The notes beneath the pieces were generated by a model. It made no database searches and was not told where the DNA came from. It worked only from the letters and a program-made list of their open reading frames with translations. Below, piece by piece: positions 40,570 through 49,714 of a DNA stretch of 64,000 bases. The DNA comes from an uncultured Dehalococcoidia bacterium (GTDB lineage Bacteria > Chloroflexota > Dehalococcoidia > Lucifugimonadales > UBA2985). The number at the start of each line of letters is the position of its first letter. Position 1 is the stretch's first letter. A program made the translations under genes and the position numbers. The DNA lies in the NCBI GenBank assembly GCA_964573055.1, contig CAZNIG010000018.1, forward strand, positions 23,538-87,537, written 5' to 3'.

Positions 40570-41339
40570 ATAGTGGCCTCCTTGCGTAAAGACAAAGATT
40601 CGTATTCCTTTTCAAATTCTTTCATCCCCTGCCAGTCATAGTCATCCAAATTATACCTAAATGCAAGGAGATAATCGGCTATTTCCTCATCAGATAGACC
40701 CATGTAACGTCTGTTAGTCGATATAGCCATGAGATTAGATTCTAGGTTAATGGCCAAATTTTCCTTGATCTTGTTTGCTAACATCCTTTTAAATACCGGT
40801 TCCATATCTCTACGAACCATCCAGGTTGCAAAGACGAACGGCATATCCTTCCAGTTCTGCCACTCTTCCGCTAGGTCGTACCGATGTGGAAAACCATCAG
40901 TTATCCCATGGGTAATGAGGGCATCATCGCCTATTAATAGGAATGCATCCAATTTCCCAGATTCAAGTCCAACATATTCACGAGGATAAACCTGGTATCT
41001 TTGTTCAAGTATCACCTTAATCAATTGCGCGGCCGTCGCAGAAGCTTGAGTGACACCAATAGATGAGTCAGAGAGATCAAGAATTGGTACTCTAGAGTAT
41101 AGTAGGATACTCTTGACTGGGCCCTTAACACTAATGCCCATGTCTCCAAGACTTTCGAACTCAGCCCTGAGTTGCCTAGCCTGAATCAACGAAAATGGTG
41201 CTGCGTGCAGATCACCAGACTTAGCCATAGGACCCATATCCCTTGGGTGCATAGGCTTAAGGTCGACTTCATCAATAGCCAAGTTGTAGAAAAATGGCTC
41301 GCAGTTCAAATAAGGTATTTGGCCCACATTAATTGTCAT
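40566..41339 (-). CDS. mqnA: menaquinone (futalosine) biosynthesis protein, MqnA-like chorismate dehydratase (VitK2_biosynth family)
   Basis: N-terminal 'INVGQIPYLNCEPFFYNL' matches the MqnA 'YLN' motif. It sits between two mqn radical-SAM genes. The start is set at ATG 41339; the ORF track starts at 41369. Confidence 0.6.
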   Translation of the reverse strand: MTINVGQIPYLNCEPFFYNLAIDEVDLKPMHPRDMGPMAKSGDLHAAPFSLIQARQLRAEFESLGDMGISVKGPVKSILLYSRVPILDLSDSSIGVTQASATAAQLIKVILEQRYQVYPREYVGLESGKLDAFLLIGDDALITHGITDGFPHRYDLAEEWQNWKDMPFVFATWMVRRDMEPVFKRMLANKIKENLAINLESNLMAISTNRRYMGLSDEEIADYLLAFRYNLDDYDWQGMKEFEKEYESLSLRKEATI

Positions 41340-42435
41340 AAACGTGTATCTCGTTGTAAAGAGCATCACGTTCGACTGGCACTTTACCTGCTTCGCCGAT
41401 AAGCCTAAGCATCCTAGCTCTTGCTAAACCAACCGGGCTATCCGCTTTGGCAGCATGGGCAATACGCTCCTCGCCTATAGTCCCATCAACATCGCTGGCG
41501 CCAAAATTGAGTGCAATAGAAGCAGTGGCTTCGCCTATCATCACCCAGTATGCCTTAATATGCGGGAAATTATCTAACATTAACCTAGAGGTAGCGATAG
41601 TCCTAAGATCTTCGACAGACGAAGCCTGCCTAGCAACAAGGTTAGTATCACCTACCTGATACTCTAAAGGTATAAAGGCTAGGAACCCAGGGGCCTCATC
41701 CTGTAACTCACGTAGCAGCATCATATGCTGTATACGCTCTTCAAACGTCTCTATATGCCCATAAAGAAGCGTGGCATTCGATCTTATCCCCATATTGTGT
41801 GCCAGCTTATGAATCTCCAACCATCTTTCTGCACTATTTTTCCCTGGGAAAAGCTCTTTGCGCACCCGGTTAGAAAACACTTCCGCTCCACCACCTGGCA
41901 TAGAGACCATCCCAGCATCTATCATACGAGAGAAAACCTCTTCTTCAGACATCCGAAATCTCTTGCAGAAATAGTCTATCTCAGCTGCGGTCCAAGCCTT
42001 GATTGTTATGTTGGGAAATGCTTGGTGAATACCACGAATAATCCCCTCGTACCTCTCAAAAGGCCAATCTGGATGATGTCCGCCAACTATATGAACTTCC
42101 TGCATCTCAGGATCTAATTTGGCGAATATTTCATCCATGCCCATCTCATAGGCATCAGCATCCCCTTTTTTCTTTGCAAAGTCACAGAAAGTGCAAGACA
42201 GCACACATATATTGGTGGGATTAATTTGTCGATTAAAAGTGAAATACACCTTATCCCCCCAAAGCTTCCTTTTCACATAGTCACCCATTTGGCCAACTGA
42301 AACAATATCGCCCGTTCTCAAGCAAGCAAGCCCATCTTCGAAATCAAGCCTCTGCCCCACTTTGACTTTCTCCCAAATGGGTATCAATTCTTGATCTCTA
42401 AACTGGATAGCCGGCGGGATAACCGAGGTAGTCAT
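41329..42435 (-). CDS. mqnE: radical-SAM futalosine-pathway enzyme, probably aminofutalosine synthase
   Basis: 368 aa with radical-SAM 'CVLSCTFCDF', plus 'HIVGGHHPDWPFE' and 'IKAWTAAEI'. Confidence 0.6.
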   Translation of the reverse strand: MTTSVIPPAIQFRDQELIPIWEKVKVGQRLDFEDGLACLRTGDIVSVGQMGDYVKRKLWGDKVYFTFNRQINPTNICVLSCTFCDFAKKKGDADAYEMGMDEIFAKLDPEMQEVHIVGGHHPDWPFERYEGIIRGIHQAFPNITIKAWTAAEIDYFCKRFRMSEEEVFSRMIDAGMVSMPGGGAEVFSNRVRKELFPGKNSAERWLEIHKLAHNMGIRSNATLLYGHIETFEERIQHMMLLRELQDEAPGFLAFIPLEYQVGDTNLVARQASSVEDLRTIATSRLMLDNFPHIKAYWVMIGEATASIALNFGASDVDGTIGEERIAHAAKADSPVGLARARMLRLIGEAGKVPVERDALYNEIHVYDN

Positions 42436-42463
42436 AACCCCCCCCTAAATTCTTTTTCTAACT

Positions 42464-42495
42464 TACCAATAGACCGACTAGTCAGTCTATTGGTA
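42464..42495. promoter_or_regulatory. 32-nt near-perfect palindrome in the divergent mqnE / hypothetical-gene spacer
   Basis: TACCAATAGACCGACT|AGTCAGTCTATTGGTA, with 15 of 16 positions self-complementary. It lies 28 nt upstream of the mqnE start codon. Confidence 0.5.
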
Positions 42496-42594
42496 TATTT
42501 GAAGTATATTCGTGAAGACAAGCAGAGTCAACGAGTATGTGAGTATATATGCCACTTGTAGTATCATAACTGCAACCGATAACAGGTAAAGAAA

Positions 42595-42894
42595 ATGGAA
42601 CAAGTTCAGGTAAATGTAACACCTAGGGCCGTTTTCCGAGCGACTGAGGTAATTGCTGATCTTAGGAATGTCGCTGAAACTCTCTTTAATCCACTGAAAC
42701 TAGTCGGATTCTGGGATAATCAGGCGGGAGGAATTCATCTATGTCCACAAGAACAAACTGGAGGAGAATGCCCGCACAACTTGCCAGAAGACGATCCACG
42801 ATATCAAGATTATACCGTCACGGCCGGCAATCATATGAGAGCAAAACTGGAAGTATATTTCCCTCACGCTGATCTACTGGTTTATCTCCGTTGA
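42595..42894 (+). CDS. hypothetical protein
   Basis: 99-aa ORF divergent from mqnE, with two Cys-Pro dipeptides ('LCPQEQTGGECPH') and no recognised family. Confidence 0.3.
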   Translation: MEQVQVNVTPRAVFRATEVIADLRNVAETLFNPLKLVGFWDNQAGGIHLCPQEQTGGECPHNLPEDDPRYQDYTVTAGNHMRAKLEVYFPHADLLVYLR

Positions 42895-43093
42895 CTTGTC
42901 TTCCTCAGACGATGTGCACACGCATTTATAAACGCCCTAAAGGCCAGCTAATATCCTGGCTTAAGAACAGGAATAAGAATTCGCATAAACTTGTTCAAAG
43001 ATGGAGTTACCAAGTCTAACACAAGCTCAATCACGTCCCTCAAGCCAGAGCAACTCCCGGACAACCAACGAAGCCGGTCATTAGGAGAAATTA

Positions 43094-43705
43094 ATGCTTG
43101 ATAACCCACCAGATAGTGATGCGCCAAAAAGTGAGCCTAAATCTCGCTTCAGGTGGATACACTATTTAGTATACGCCGGCCTCATCATTCTCGGCCTTTT
43201 CGCAGGAATTTATCTAGGAAACCTACGAAATAATAGCCAAAATCCACCCGCCCCAAATTTCTCATTCACACTATACCAAGGCGCAGAACGACTAGGAGCG
43301 GAAAAACTCGAACTTAATGACCTGAAAGGTAGACCATTAGTCTTAAATTATTGGGCTGGGCTATGCCCCCCTTGCCGTGCTGAAATGGATGATCTTCAAA
43401 TCTTCAGCGACCAATACAGCGAAAAAATAACCACCCTCGGGATAGATCTCGGACAGTATTTGGGATTGGGCAGCAATGAGGATGCCTTAACCCTACTTGA
43501 AGATATGAACGTGACATACCCTGCCGGCTTTACAGAAGATCCGACAGTGATCGAAAAATATCAGATCTTCGGCATACCTACCACAATATTTATAAACCCA
43601 GATGGAACTATTTTCCGCACATGGGCTGGGCTCCTTGATGAGCAGGTTCTGGTTGAAATATCAAGTGAGATGCTCGGCAACCAAATGGAACGATCAGCTA
43701 ATTAG
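43094..43705 (+). CDS. membrane-anchored TlpA/ResA/CcmG-like thiol-disulfide oxidoreductase
   Basis: 203 aa with one TM anchor, 'VLNYWAGLCPPCRAEM' (CxxC) and the cis-Pro motif 'FGIPTTIFINPDG'. Confidence 0.75.
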   Translation: MLDNPPDSDAPKSEPKSRFRWIHYLVYAGLIILGLFAGIYLGNLRNNSQNPPAPNFSFTLYQGAERLGAEKLELNDLKGRPLVLNYWAGLCPPCRAEMDDLQIFSDQYSEKITTLGIDLGQYLGLGSNEDALTLLEDMNVTYPAGFTEDPTVIEKYQIFGIPTTIFINPDGTIFRTWAGLLDEQVLVEISSEMLGNQMERSAN

Positions 43706-43979
43706 AGTTATTTTGAACTTTTCCGAATCTAGTTGAACATAATCGAATCAATAATGAGCGCCCCGCAATAAGACACATGTAGTACAATATCCCTCGCGTA
43801 AAACGTATAGTAATTCAGCATTAAACCTAGTTGGCCTCTGTTGGCCTGTAAAGTAGACCCTTTCTTCGCCGGTTCATAAACCAGCGACTGACTAAAACCT
43901 GTGCTCATTACCTGAGGTACAGAAACGGTGTCCAAAAGGTCACGCCAAGATAATCACTGCCATATACCATAAAGGAAGT

Positions 43980-45347
43980 GTGATGACCAATTTTGATTTG
44001 ATTGTTGTGGGAGCTGGATCCGGTCTAGAGGTTTCTTCTCAAGCTGCGAATTCTGGAATGTCCGTAGCCATCGTAGAAGAAGGACCATTCGGAGGTACTT
44101 GCCTAAATCGCGGATGCATACCATCCAAGATTCTGATTTATTGCGCCGATGTGATGGAAATAATCAAAAACAGCGCTACTTTCGGCATTAACGCTCGCGT
44201 TGAAAGCGTTGACTGGGATTTCATGATGAGTCGCGCATACCAAGAGATAGATTCAGATGCTCTAGCGATAGAAACAGTCAATAAAGACAACAAGAATATC
44301 ACCGTTTTCAACGGAACTGGACATTTCACAGGTGAAAAAACTTTAGAGGTGAATGGCCAAAATATCACGGCAAACACGATCGTGATAGCGGCCGGAACCA
44401 GACCATTTATTCCTGATATTCCGGGCCTTGAAGATGTGCCGTTCATAACATCAGACGAAGCGCTCCGACTACCTAATCAACCCAAGCGACTCACCATTAT
44501 CGGTGGGGGTTATGTTGCAGCAGAAATGGCTCACTTTTTCGGAGCCATGGGAACAGATGTCACCATAGTCCAAAGACACAACCTGCTCCTCAGAACCGAA
44601 GATGAAGACGTTTCACAACGGTTTACGGAGATATATCAAAGAAAATTCAACCTCTTACTGAATGCCCAGATCCAAAAGGCCTACATGGATAGTAATGGTA
44701 TAGCCTTAGATGTATTAGTAAATGGCGAGACAGAGACCGTTATTTCAGACTCGCTCATGCTAGCCACCGGACGTATACCAAATAGTGACAGGCTCAAAGT
44801 CTCCAATACTGGGGTCGAAGTCGACCAACTGGGCTTTATAAAGACCGATGGATATCTCGAAACAGGTGTACGCGGCATATGGGCATTGGGTGACATAGCT
44901 GGAAAATACATGCTAAAGCACAGCGCCAACCTTGAAGCGGCACATGTAGCTCATAATGCTCTCAACAGAGCCCAACGAGTAGCCGTTGACTACCGCGCCA
45001 TGCCACACGCAATATTCGGATCGCCGCAAGTAGCAAGTGTTGGCATCACAGAAAAGCAGTCCAAAGAGGAACATATCCACTGTCTCACCGCTACGTACAG
45101 CTATTACAATACAGCGTATGGCTCATCCTTGGAGGATAGGGATGGCTTTGTCAAAGTCCTTGCACACCCCGAAGATGGTGAGATACTTGGCTGCCATATA
45201 ATCGGTCAGAATGCCTCAATGCTGATCCAAGAGGTAGCCAACGCTATGCGCCTACGCCTTCCTAGCGACGCGATAACACAATCAATATATGTACACCCTG
45301 CACTACCAGAAGTAGTTCAGCGAGCTTTTGGTGAACTACCACGATAG
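43980..45347 (+). CDS. FAD-dependent pyridine nucleotide-disulfide oxidoreductase, mycothione-reductase-like
   Basis: 455 aa with a GTG start. It has 'VVGAGSG', the redox disulfide 'GGTCLNRGCIPSK', 'GDIAGKYMLKHSANLEA', and a C-terminal 'VHPALPEVV' instead of the glutathione-reductase HPTxxE. Confidence 0.75.
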   Translation: MMTNFDLIVVGAGSGLEVSSQAANSGMSVAIVEEGPFGGTCLNRGCIPSKILIYCADVMEIIKNSATFGINARVESVDWDFMMSRAYQEIDSDALAIETVNKDNKNITVFNGTGHFTGEKTLEVNGQNITANTIVIAAGTRPFIPDIPGLEDVPFITSDEALRLPNQPKRLTIIGGGYVAAEMAHFFGAMGTDVTIVQRHNLLLRTEDEDVSQRFTEIYQRKFNLLLNAQIQKAYMDSNGIALDVLVNGETETVISDSLMLATGRIPNSDRLKVSNTGVEVDQLGFIKTDGYLETGVRGIWALGDIAGKYMLKHSANLEAAHVAHNALNRAQRVAVDYRAMPHAIFGSPQVASVGITEKQSKEEHIHCLTATYSYYNTAYGSSLEDRDGFVKVLAHPEDGEILGCHIIGQNASMLIQEVANAMRLRLPSDAITQSIYVHPALPEVVQRAFGELPR

Positions 45348-45374
45348 ATCGTTTGGCTAGGAAAGGAATATATT

Positions 45375-46274
45375 ATGAAAATGGGCATGATCGGTCTAGG
45401 GCGAATGGGCGGCAACATGGGTACACGCCTACTCATGAACGGTCACGATTTAGTAGCATACGACCCTGACCCTACAGCAACAGAAGCACTGGCCCAGGCA
45501 GGTGCATCGACCACAAATTCTCTAGGAGAACTTATAAGAAATCTGCAGATGCCTCGTATAGTCTGGGTAATGGTCCCATCTGGAGAAAGCACCGAGGAAA
45601 CTATACATGCACTTGGGAATAATCTATCTGATGGAGATATAGTTGTAGACGGCGGCAACTCCAATTATAAGGATAGTATACGAAGGGCTGAGTCACTTAG
45701 AGGGAAAGGTATCTACTTGCTGGACATCGGAACAAGTGGCGGAATATGGGGGCTCGAAAACGGCTACAGCATAATGGTTGGTGGCGACCACAGTGCATTC
45801 TTAAAGATCGAACCGATTCTTCGTAGCCTAGCTCCTCCTGATGGCTACGGTCACGTCGGGCCATCTGGAGCAGGTCATTTCGTTAAAATGATACACAATG
45901 GTATTGAGTACGGCCTTATGCAGTCCTACGCTGAAGGATTTGAGCTTCTATCATCTAAAGAAGACTTTCCACTGGACCTAGCGCAAATTGCGTCAATCTG
46001 GATGCACGGGAGCGTAGTAAGATCTTGGCTACTCGAGTTAACCCTGGATTGCCTAAAAGATAATCCAAGCCTGAAAGGTATAGCCGATTTTGTCGAGGAT
46101 TCTGGCGAGGGTCGATGGACAGTACAAGAGGGATTGGATCTGGCGATCCCCACTCCAGTTATAGCACTGGCCCTACAGGCCAGATTCAGATCTCGCCAAC
46201 ATGAATCATTCGGTGGAAAATTGCTCTCTGCTATGCGGAACAAATTCGGCGGGCACTCCGTGAAACATACCTAG
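45375..46274 (+). CDS. gnd: 6-phosphogluconate dehydrogenase, short (YqeC/Gnd-like) form
   Basis: 299 aa with 'MIGLGRMGGNM', 'VDGGNSNYKDS' and 'GAGHFVKMIHNGIEYG'. Confidence 0.8.
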   Translation: MKMGMIGLGRMGGNMGTRLLMNGHDLVAYDPDPTATEALAQAGASTTNSLGELIRNLQMPRIVWVMVPSGESTEETIHALGNNLSDGDIVVDGGNSNYKDSIRRAESLRGKGIYLLDIGTSGGIWGLENGYSIMVGGDHSAFLKIEPILRSLAPPDGYGHVGPSGAGHFVKMIHNGIEYGLMQSYAEGFELLSSKEDFPLDLAQIASIWMHGSVVRSWLLELTLDCLKDNPSLKGIADFVEDSGEGRWTVQEGLDLAIPTPVIALALQARFRSRQHESFGGKLLSAMRNKFGGHSVKHT

Positions 46275-46446
46275 CGAGCAGTCTATACCGTAACCATCAA
46301 ACATACGAGTTGCACACTCAAGAAATAAAGATCCAATAGACTACAAAGACAAAGTATGGTTTTCGTTAGACCTTAAGAGTTGTTATTCTTTGCGACTTAA
46401 TCACTGTCTGTTTTAACGATCTGCCTCTGATAGGAATATATTCAGA

Positions 46447-47316
46447 ATGGAAATATCGACAGGCGTTCTTTGGGGGCTGATATCCATGGTCTCCTGGGGT
46501 GTGGCTGATTACTTGGCCAGATCCTACTCGATCCAAGAGGGTGGTGGTCGAACGGCATTCTATATACGTTTGATCAGCCTTTTCCCGCCCATTTTTGTCC
46601 TTGCCCTACAGGCATATTTGGGCCAAGTACACAGCCCGATTGACTGGCCCGTAATCTGGAAGTTAGGGCCCCTACTTGGCGTTGTTATGGCCTTGGCTTA
46701 CATCTCATACTACCACGGCCTTGCGGTCGGAACGGTGTCGATTGTCGCCACTGTTTCGTCCGCTTGGTTTGCAGTGGGCGTAATACTCGCCTTCATTTTC
46801 CTGGGCGAAGTTTTGTCCATACACCAAGCAGTACTTGTCGGCATAATCACAATCGGAATAATAATGCTTTCTGACATGCGACCGTCTGTGAATGACAAGC
46901 CCAGTGGATTCATATACGGATTGTCCGCTATGTTCTTTCTTGGTACGGCGACACTCTTATTCAAATACCTGGTAGAAGCATCTGGACCGATCCTCACATC
47001 TATCGCAGGCAGCCTCGGAAGCATCATAGTGCTATGGCTCTGGCTAAAAAGAACTGGCGTCACACTAAAATGGCCTGGAAGAAGAAGGCTGCATATCCTC
47101 ATAGCCGCAGGATTACTGGATATTGGCGGAATCTTGTTTTTCATAATTGGGCTTGAAAAAGCCCAAATATTCATAGTTGCCCCTGTGGCAGCAGCACACC
47201 CTATCGTCACAATGGTTTTGGCCTGGATTTTCTTGAAGGAAAGACTGTCAGTAATCCAAAGGTTCGGCGTGGCCTTAACCATAGCAGGGGTAATTGTTCT
47301 AAGTGCAGTTGCCTAA
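46447..47316 (+). CDS. EamA/DMT-family transporter
   Basis: 289 aa with ~10 TM helices in two repeated halves. The antisense 190-aa ORF is a shadow. Confidence 0.7.
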   Translation: MEISTGVLWGLISMVSWGVADYLARSYSIQEGGGRTAFYIRLISLFPPIFVLALQAYLGQVHSPIDWPVIWKLGPLLGVVMALAYISYYHGLAVGTVSIVATVSSAWFAVGVILAFIFLGEVLSIHQAVLVGIITIGIIMLSDMRPSVNDKPSGFIYGLSAMFFLGTATLLFKYLVEASGPILTSIAGSLGSIIVLWLWLKRTGVTLKWPGRRRLHILIAAGLLDIGGILFFIIGLEKAQIFIVAPVAAAHPIVTMVLAWIFLKERLSVIQRFGVALTIAGVIVLSAVA

Positions 47317-47474
47317 TATACACAACCAATATCATACTTAAGATTGACTTGAGATTGACCTGTTGCCTCAAATTAATAGAATAGATGGCCTATAGCAATT
47401 TCCGTACTTTATGAATATAATTGCCACGATCAAGCGACTACCAATCGTTATGATTATCGAGAAAGGATCATCCA

Positions 47475-48056
47475 ATGAAAAAACTGACCGTCCTCCTGTC
47501 GGTGATAGCAGTTCTGATAGCGGTAACAGTTATGTCCACTGCAGTGGTTGGAGCGCAAGACAATAACAACGCCAAGCCCAATACCAGCCTATTCGCGACG
47601 AAACTCGCTTCAATACTAGGCCTATCACCCGCATCAGTAAGTGAGGCGATTAAGCAAACCAAAGAAGAAATAAGAAGTGAATCAGGGAAGACTCAGAAGC
47701 ACAAATATAATAAAGACATGGGAGCCAGGCTACGCAAGGCGATTGAAGACGGCAAAATAACCAGCGAAGAAGCTGCTGCCAAGATGAAGGTCCTAGAATC
47801 TAACCAGCAGCAACTCCATAAGAAACCCAATAAATTCGGTTACCCGAACTCTGATGACATCAACAAGAAAATCGAAGCATTAGTACAAGATGGCACAATA
47901 ACCAGGGAAGAAGCCGACCAAAAAATGAAGTTCCACTCAGAAAAAGCCCAAAAAGGCTTGGACCTTAGAACTAGACTGGGTATTGCGATTGAAAACGGCG
48001 ATATAACCAGAGAAGAAGCTGCTGCCAGGATGAAGGGCCTAGAATCTAGGCGTTAG
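47475..48056 (+). CDS. secreted Lys/Glu-rich protein with three SHOCT-like repeats
   Basis: It has a signal peptide 'MKKLTVLLSVIAVLIAVTVMSTAVVGA'. The three repeats are 'AIEDGKITSEEAAAKMKVLES', 'LVQDGTITREEADQKMKFHSE' and 'AIENGDITREEAAARMKGLES'. Confidence 0.55.
   Translation: MKKLTVLLSVIAVLIAVTVMSTAVVGAQDNNNAKPNTSLFATKLASILGLSPASVSEAIKQTKEEIRSESGKTQKHKYNKDMGARLRKAIEDGKITSEEAAAKMKVLESNQQQLHKKPNKFGYPNSDDINKKIEALVQDGTITREEADQKMKFHSEKAQKGLDLRTRLGIAIENGDITREEAAARMKGLESRR
47757..47802 (+). repeat. intragenic 46-nt direct repeat, copy 1
   Basis: ATAACCAGCGAAGAAGCTGCTGCCAAGATGAAGGTCCTAGAATCTA, identical to copy 2 at 43 of 46 positions. Confidence 0.85.
48003..48048 (+). repeat. intragenic 46-nt direct repeat, copy 2
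   Basis: ATAACCAGAGAAGAAGCTGCTGCCAGGATGAAGGGCCTAGAATCTA. A more diverged third copy lies around 47899. Confidence 0.85.
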
Positions 48057-48261
48057 TCGCCTTCTACTGGACACCGCTACTGACAGATCCGTACGACTTG
48101 ACAGTATAGCTACCTAGTGACAGAGTAGAAGCGGCCGGCCCACAAACATTGTTAACCACATTCAGGCGTGTGATCGCGCCCATGTGGTACGTCTTCGATT
48201 GCTAGCCAGACAAAAGTTTATCAAATTCATCCGTAGAAAGTCAGAAAGTCATAGGTAGCAG

Positions 48262-49659
48262 ATGCTCCCAACTGCCAATACTAAAAGGCCGAGAATATTC
48301 TATGGTTGGTATATCGTCGCGGCAGCCGCAGCAATCAACGTCTACGGAGCGGGTATCTGGTTCTACGGCTTCCCAATATTTTACAAAGCACTCCTAGATG
48401 AGTTTGGATGGACCGCGGCCGGTGGAGCACTAATCATTTCTCTTTCTAGACTAGAAGGCGGTCTAGAAGGGCCAATTATTGGGTGGGCAGTAGATAAATT
48501 TGGACCTAGGATGATGGCCATACTAGGAGGCGTGATTACTGGAATCGGGTTCGTGTTGATGAGCGCTATAGCGTCGTTTCAAATAGGCCCACTTCATGTT
48601 AGCGCTTTCGTTGGATTTGGGATCTTGTACGCAGGATGGATGTCAATAGGGTACAACACTGGATTCGGCCACGCCAGTATGGCTGCTGTAAACGCTTGGT
48701 TCATAAGAAAACGTGGTCGGGCGTTCGCAGTATACTCGCTCGGTGCGGGAGGAAGCGGATTCACAGTATTCCTCATGGGCTACCTAGTAGATCAATTCGG
48801 ATGGCGACCTGCATCTTTTCTAGCTGCAGTCGGAATATTTGTCATCGTATTACCTCTATCCATGCTCCTGCGGCATAAACCTGAGCAGCATGGATATCTA
48901 CCTGATGGTGACGATCCGGCCGCCCAGTTACCAGAGAATCTTGCTGTACAACCCACCAAAATAACTCAAACTCCATCTCAACAAGATGAGCAAAAAGGTA
49001 GCTCCCGGACCAAGGTTAACTGGCCAGAATACGATTTCTCCGTTAAGGAGGCTCTCAGTACATTCGCATTCTGGATGCTCATACTAGGAACTGGGGCAAG
49101 AGCGTTTGCTATGACGTCAATAGTCGTGCACCAAGTAGTCTATCTCACTGATGTACGAAACATACCTTTGGTAGAAGCTAGCGCGGCACTTGGAGGTATG
49201 GTATCGATCAGCCTCGTCGGAAGACTTGGCTTTGGCTTTTTAGGCGATTTCATAGACAAGCGGCACATAATGATCGGCACCATTATTATGCAAGCCGTCG
49301 GGGTTTACATTCTGATGAATGCAACTAGCATGGGACAGGTTTGGCTATTCGTGATAATTTATGGAATTTCGTACGGAGGAGCTATACCAGTATACATGGC
49401 TATAGTTGGCGAGTATTTCGGAAGGAAAAACTACGCCACCATTAGAGGCTTCAACCAGCTTTTCCACATACCGACAACTGTGGCTGGCCCAGTTTTTGCT
49501 GGCTGGATTTACGACACTACAGGAAGCTATACAATAGCCTTTACTAGCTTTATTATAGCCCTTGTAGTAGGAGTGGTATTCTTGTTCTTCGCAGGGAGGC
49601 CTAAACCACCTAATGCAGTTCCAGATGCCGATCAAAGCAAACAGGACTTGATCCGGTGA
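48262..49659 (+). CDS. MFS transporter (oxalate/formate-antiporter-like)
   Basis: 465 aa with 12 predicted TM helices and a central hydrophilic loop. Confidence 0.75.
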   Translation: MLPTANTKRPRIFYGWYIVAAAAAINVYGAGIWFYGFPIFYKALLDEFGWTAAGGALIISLSRLEGGLEGPIIGWAVDKFGPRMMAILGGVITGIGFVLMSAIASFQIGPLHVSAFVGFGILYAGWMSIGYNTGFGHASMAAVNAWFIRKRGRAFAVYSLGAGGSGFTVFLMGYLVDQFGWRPASFLAAVGIFVIVLPLSMLLRHKPEQHGYLPDGDDPAAQLPENLAVQPTKITQTPSQQDEQKGSSRTKVNWPEYDFSVKEALSTFAFWMLILGTGARAFAMTSIVVHQVVYLTDVRNIPLVEASAALGGMVSISLVGRLGFGFLGDFIDKRHIMIGTIIMQAVGVYILMNATSMGQVWLFVIIYGISYGGAIPVYMAIVGEYFGRKNYATIRGFNQLFHIPTTVAGPVFAGWIYDTTGSYTIAFTSFIIALVVGVVFLFFAGRPKPPNAVPDADQSKQDLIR

Positions 49660-49714
49660 CCTTGCCGGGGTCAATGAATTCCGTCAGAATTACCTGGAAC
49701 CGCTGATCCACCTT

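Noticed and set aside
42892-42948. Possible UGA read-through at the end of the 99-aa hypothetical ORF.
   Set aside because: The frame after the TGA runs only 18 codons to a TAA. There is no redox motif flanking the TGA and no convincing downstream hairpin, so it is treated as an ordinary stop.
43729-43935. A 68-aa minus-strand ORF in the TlpA / disulfide-reductase spacer.
   Set aside because: It has no SD and no recognisable domain, and it sits between two plus-strand genes. There is insufficient support to call it.
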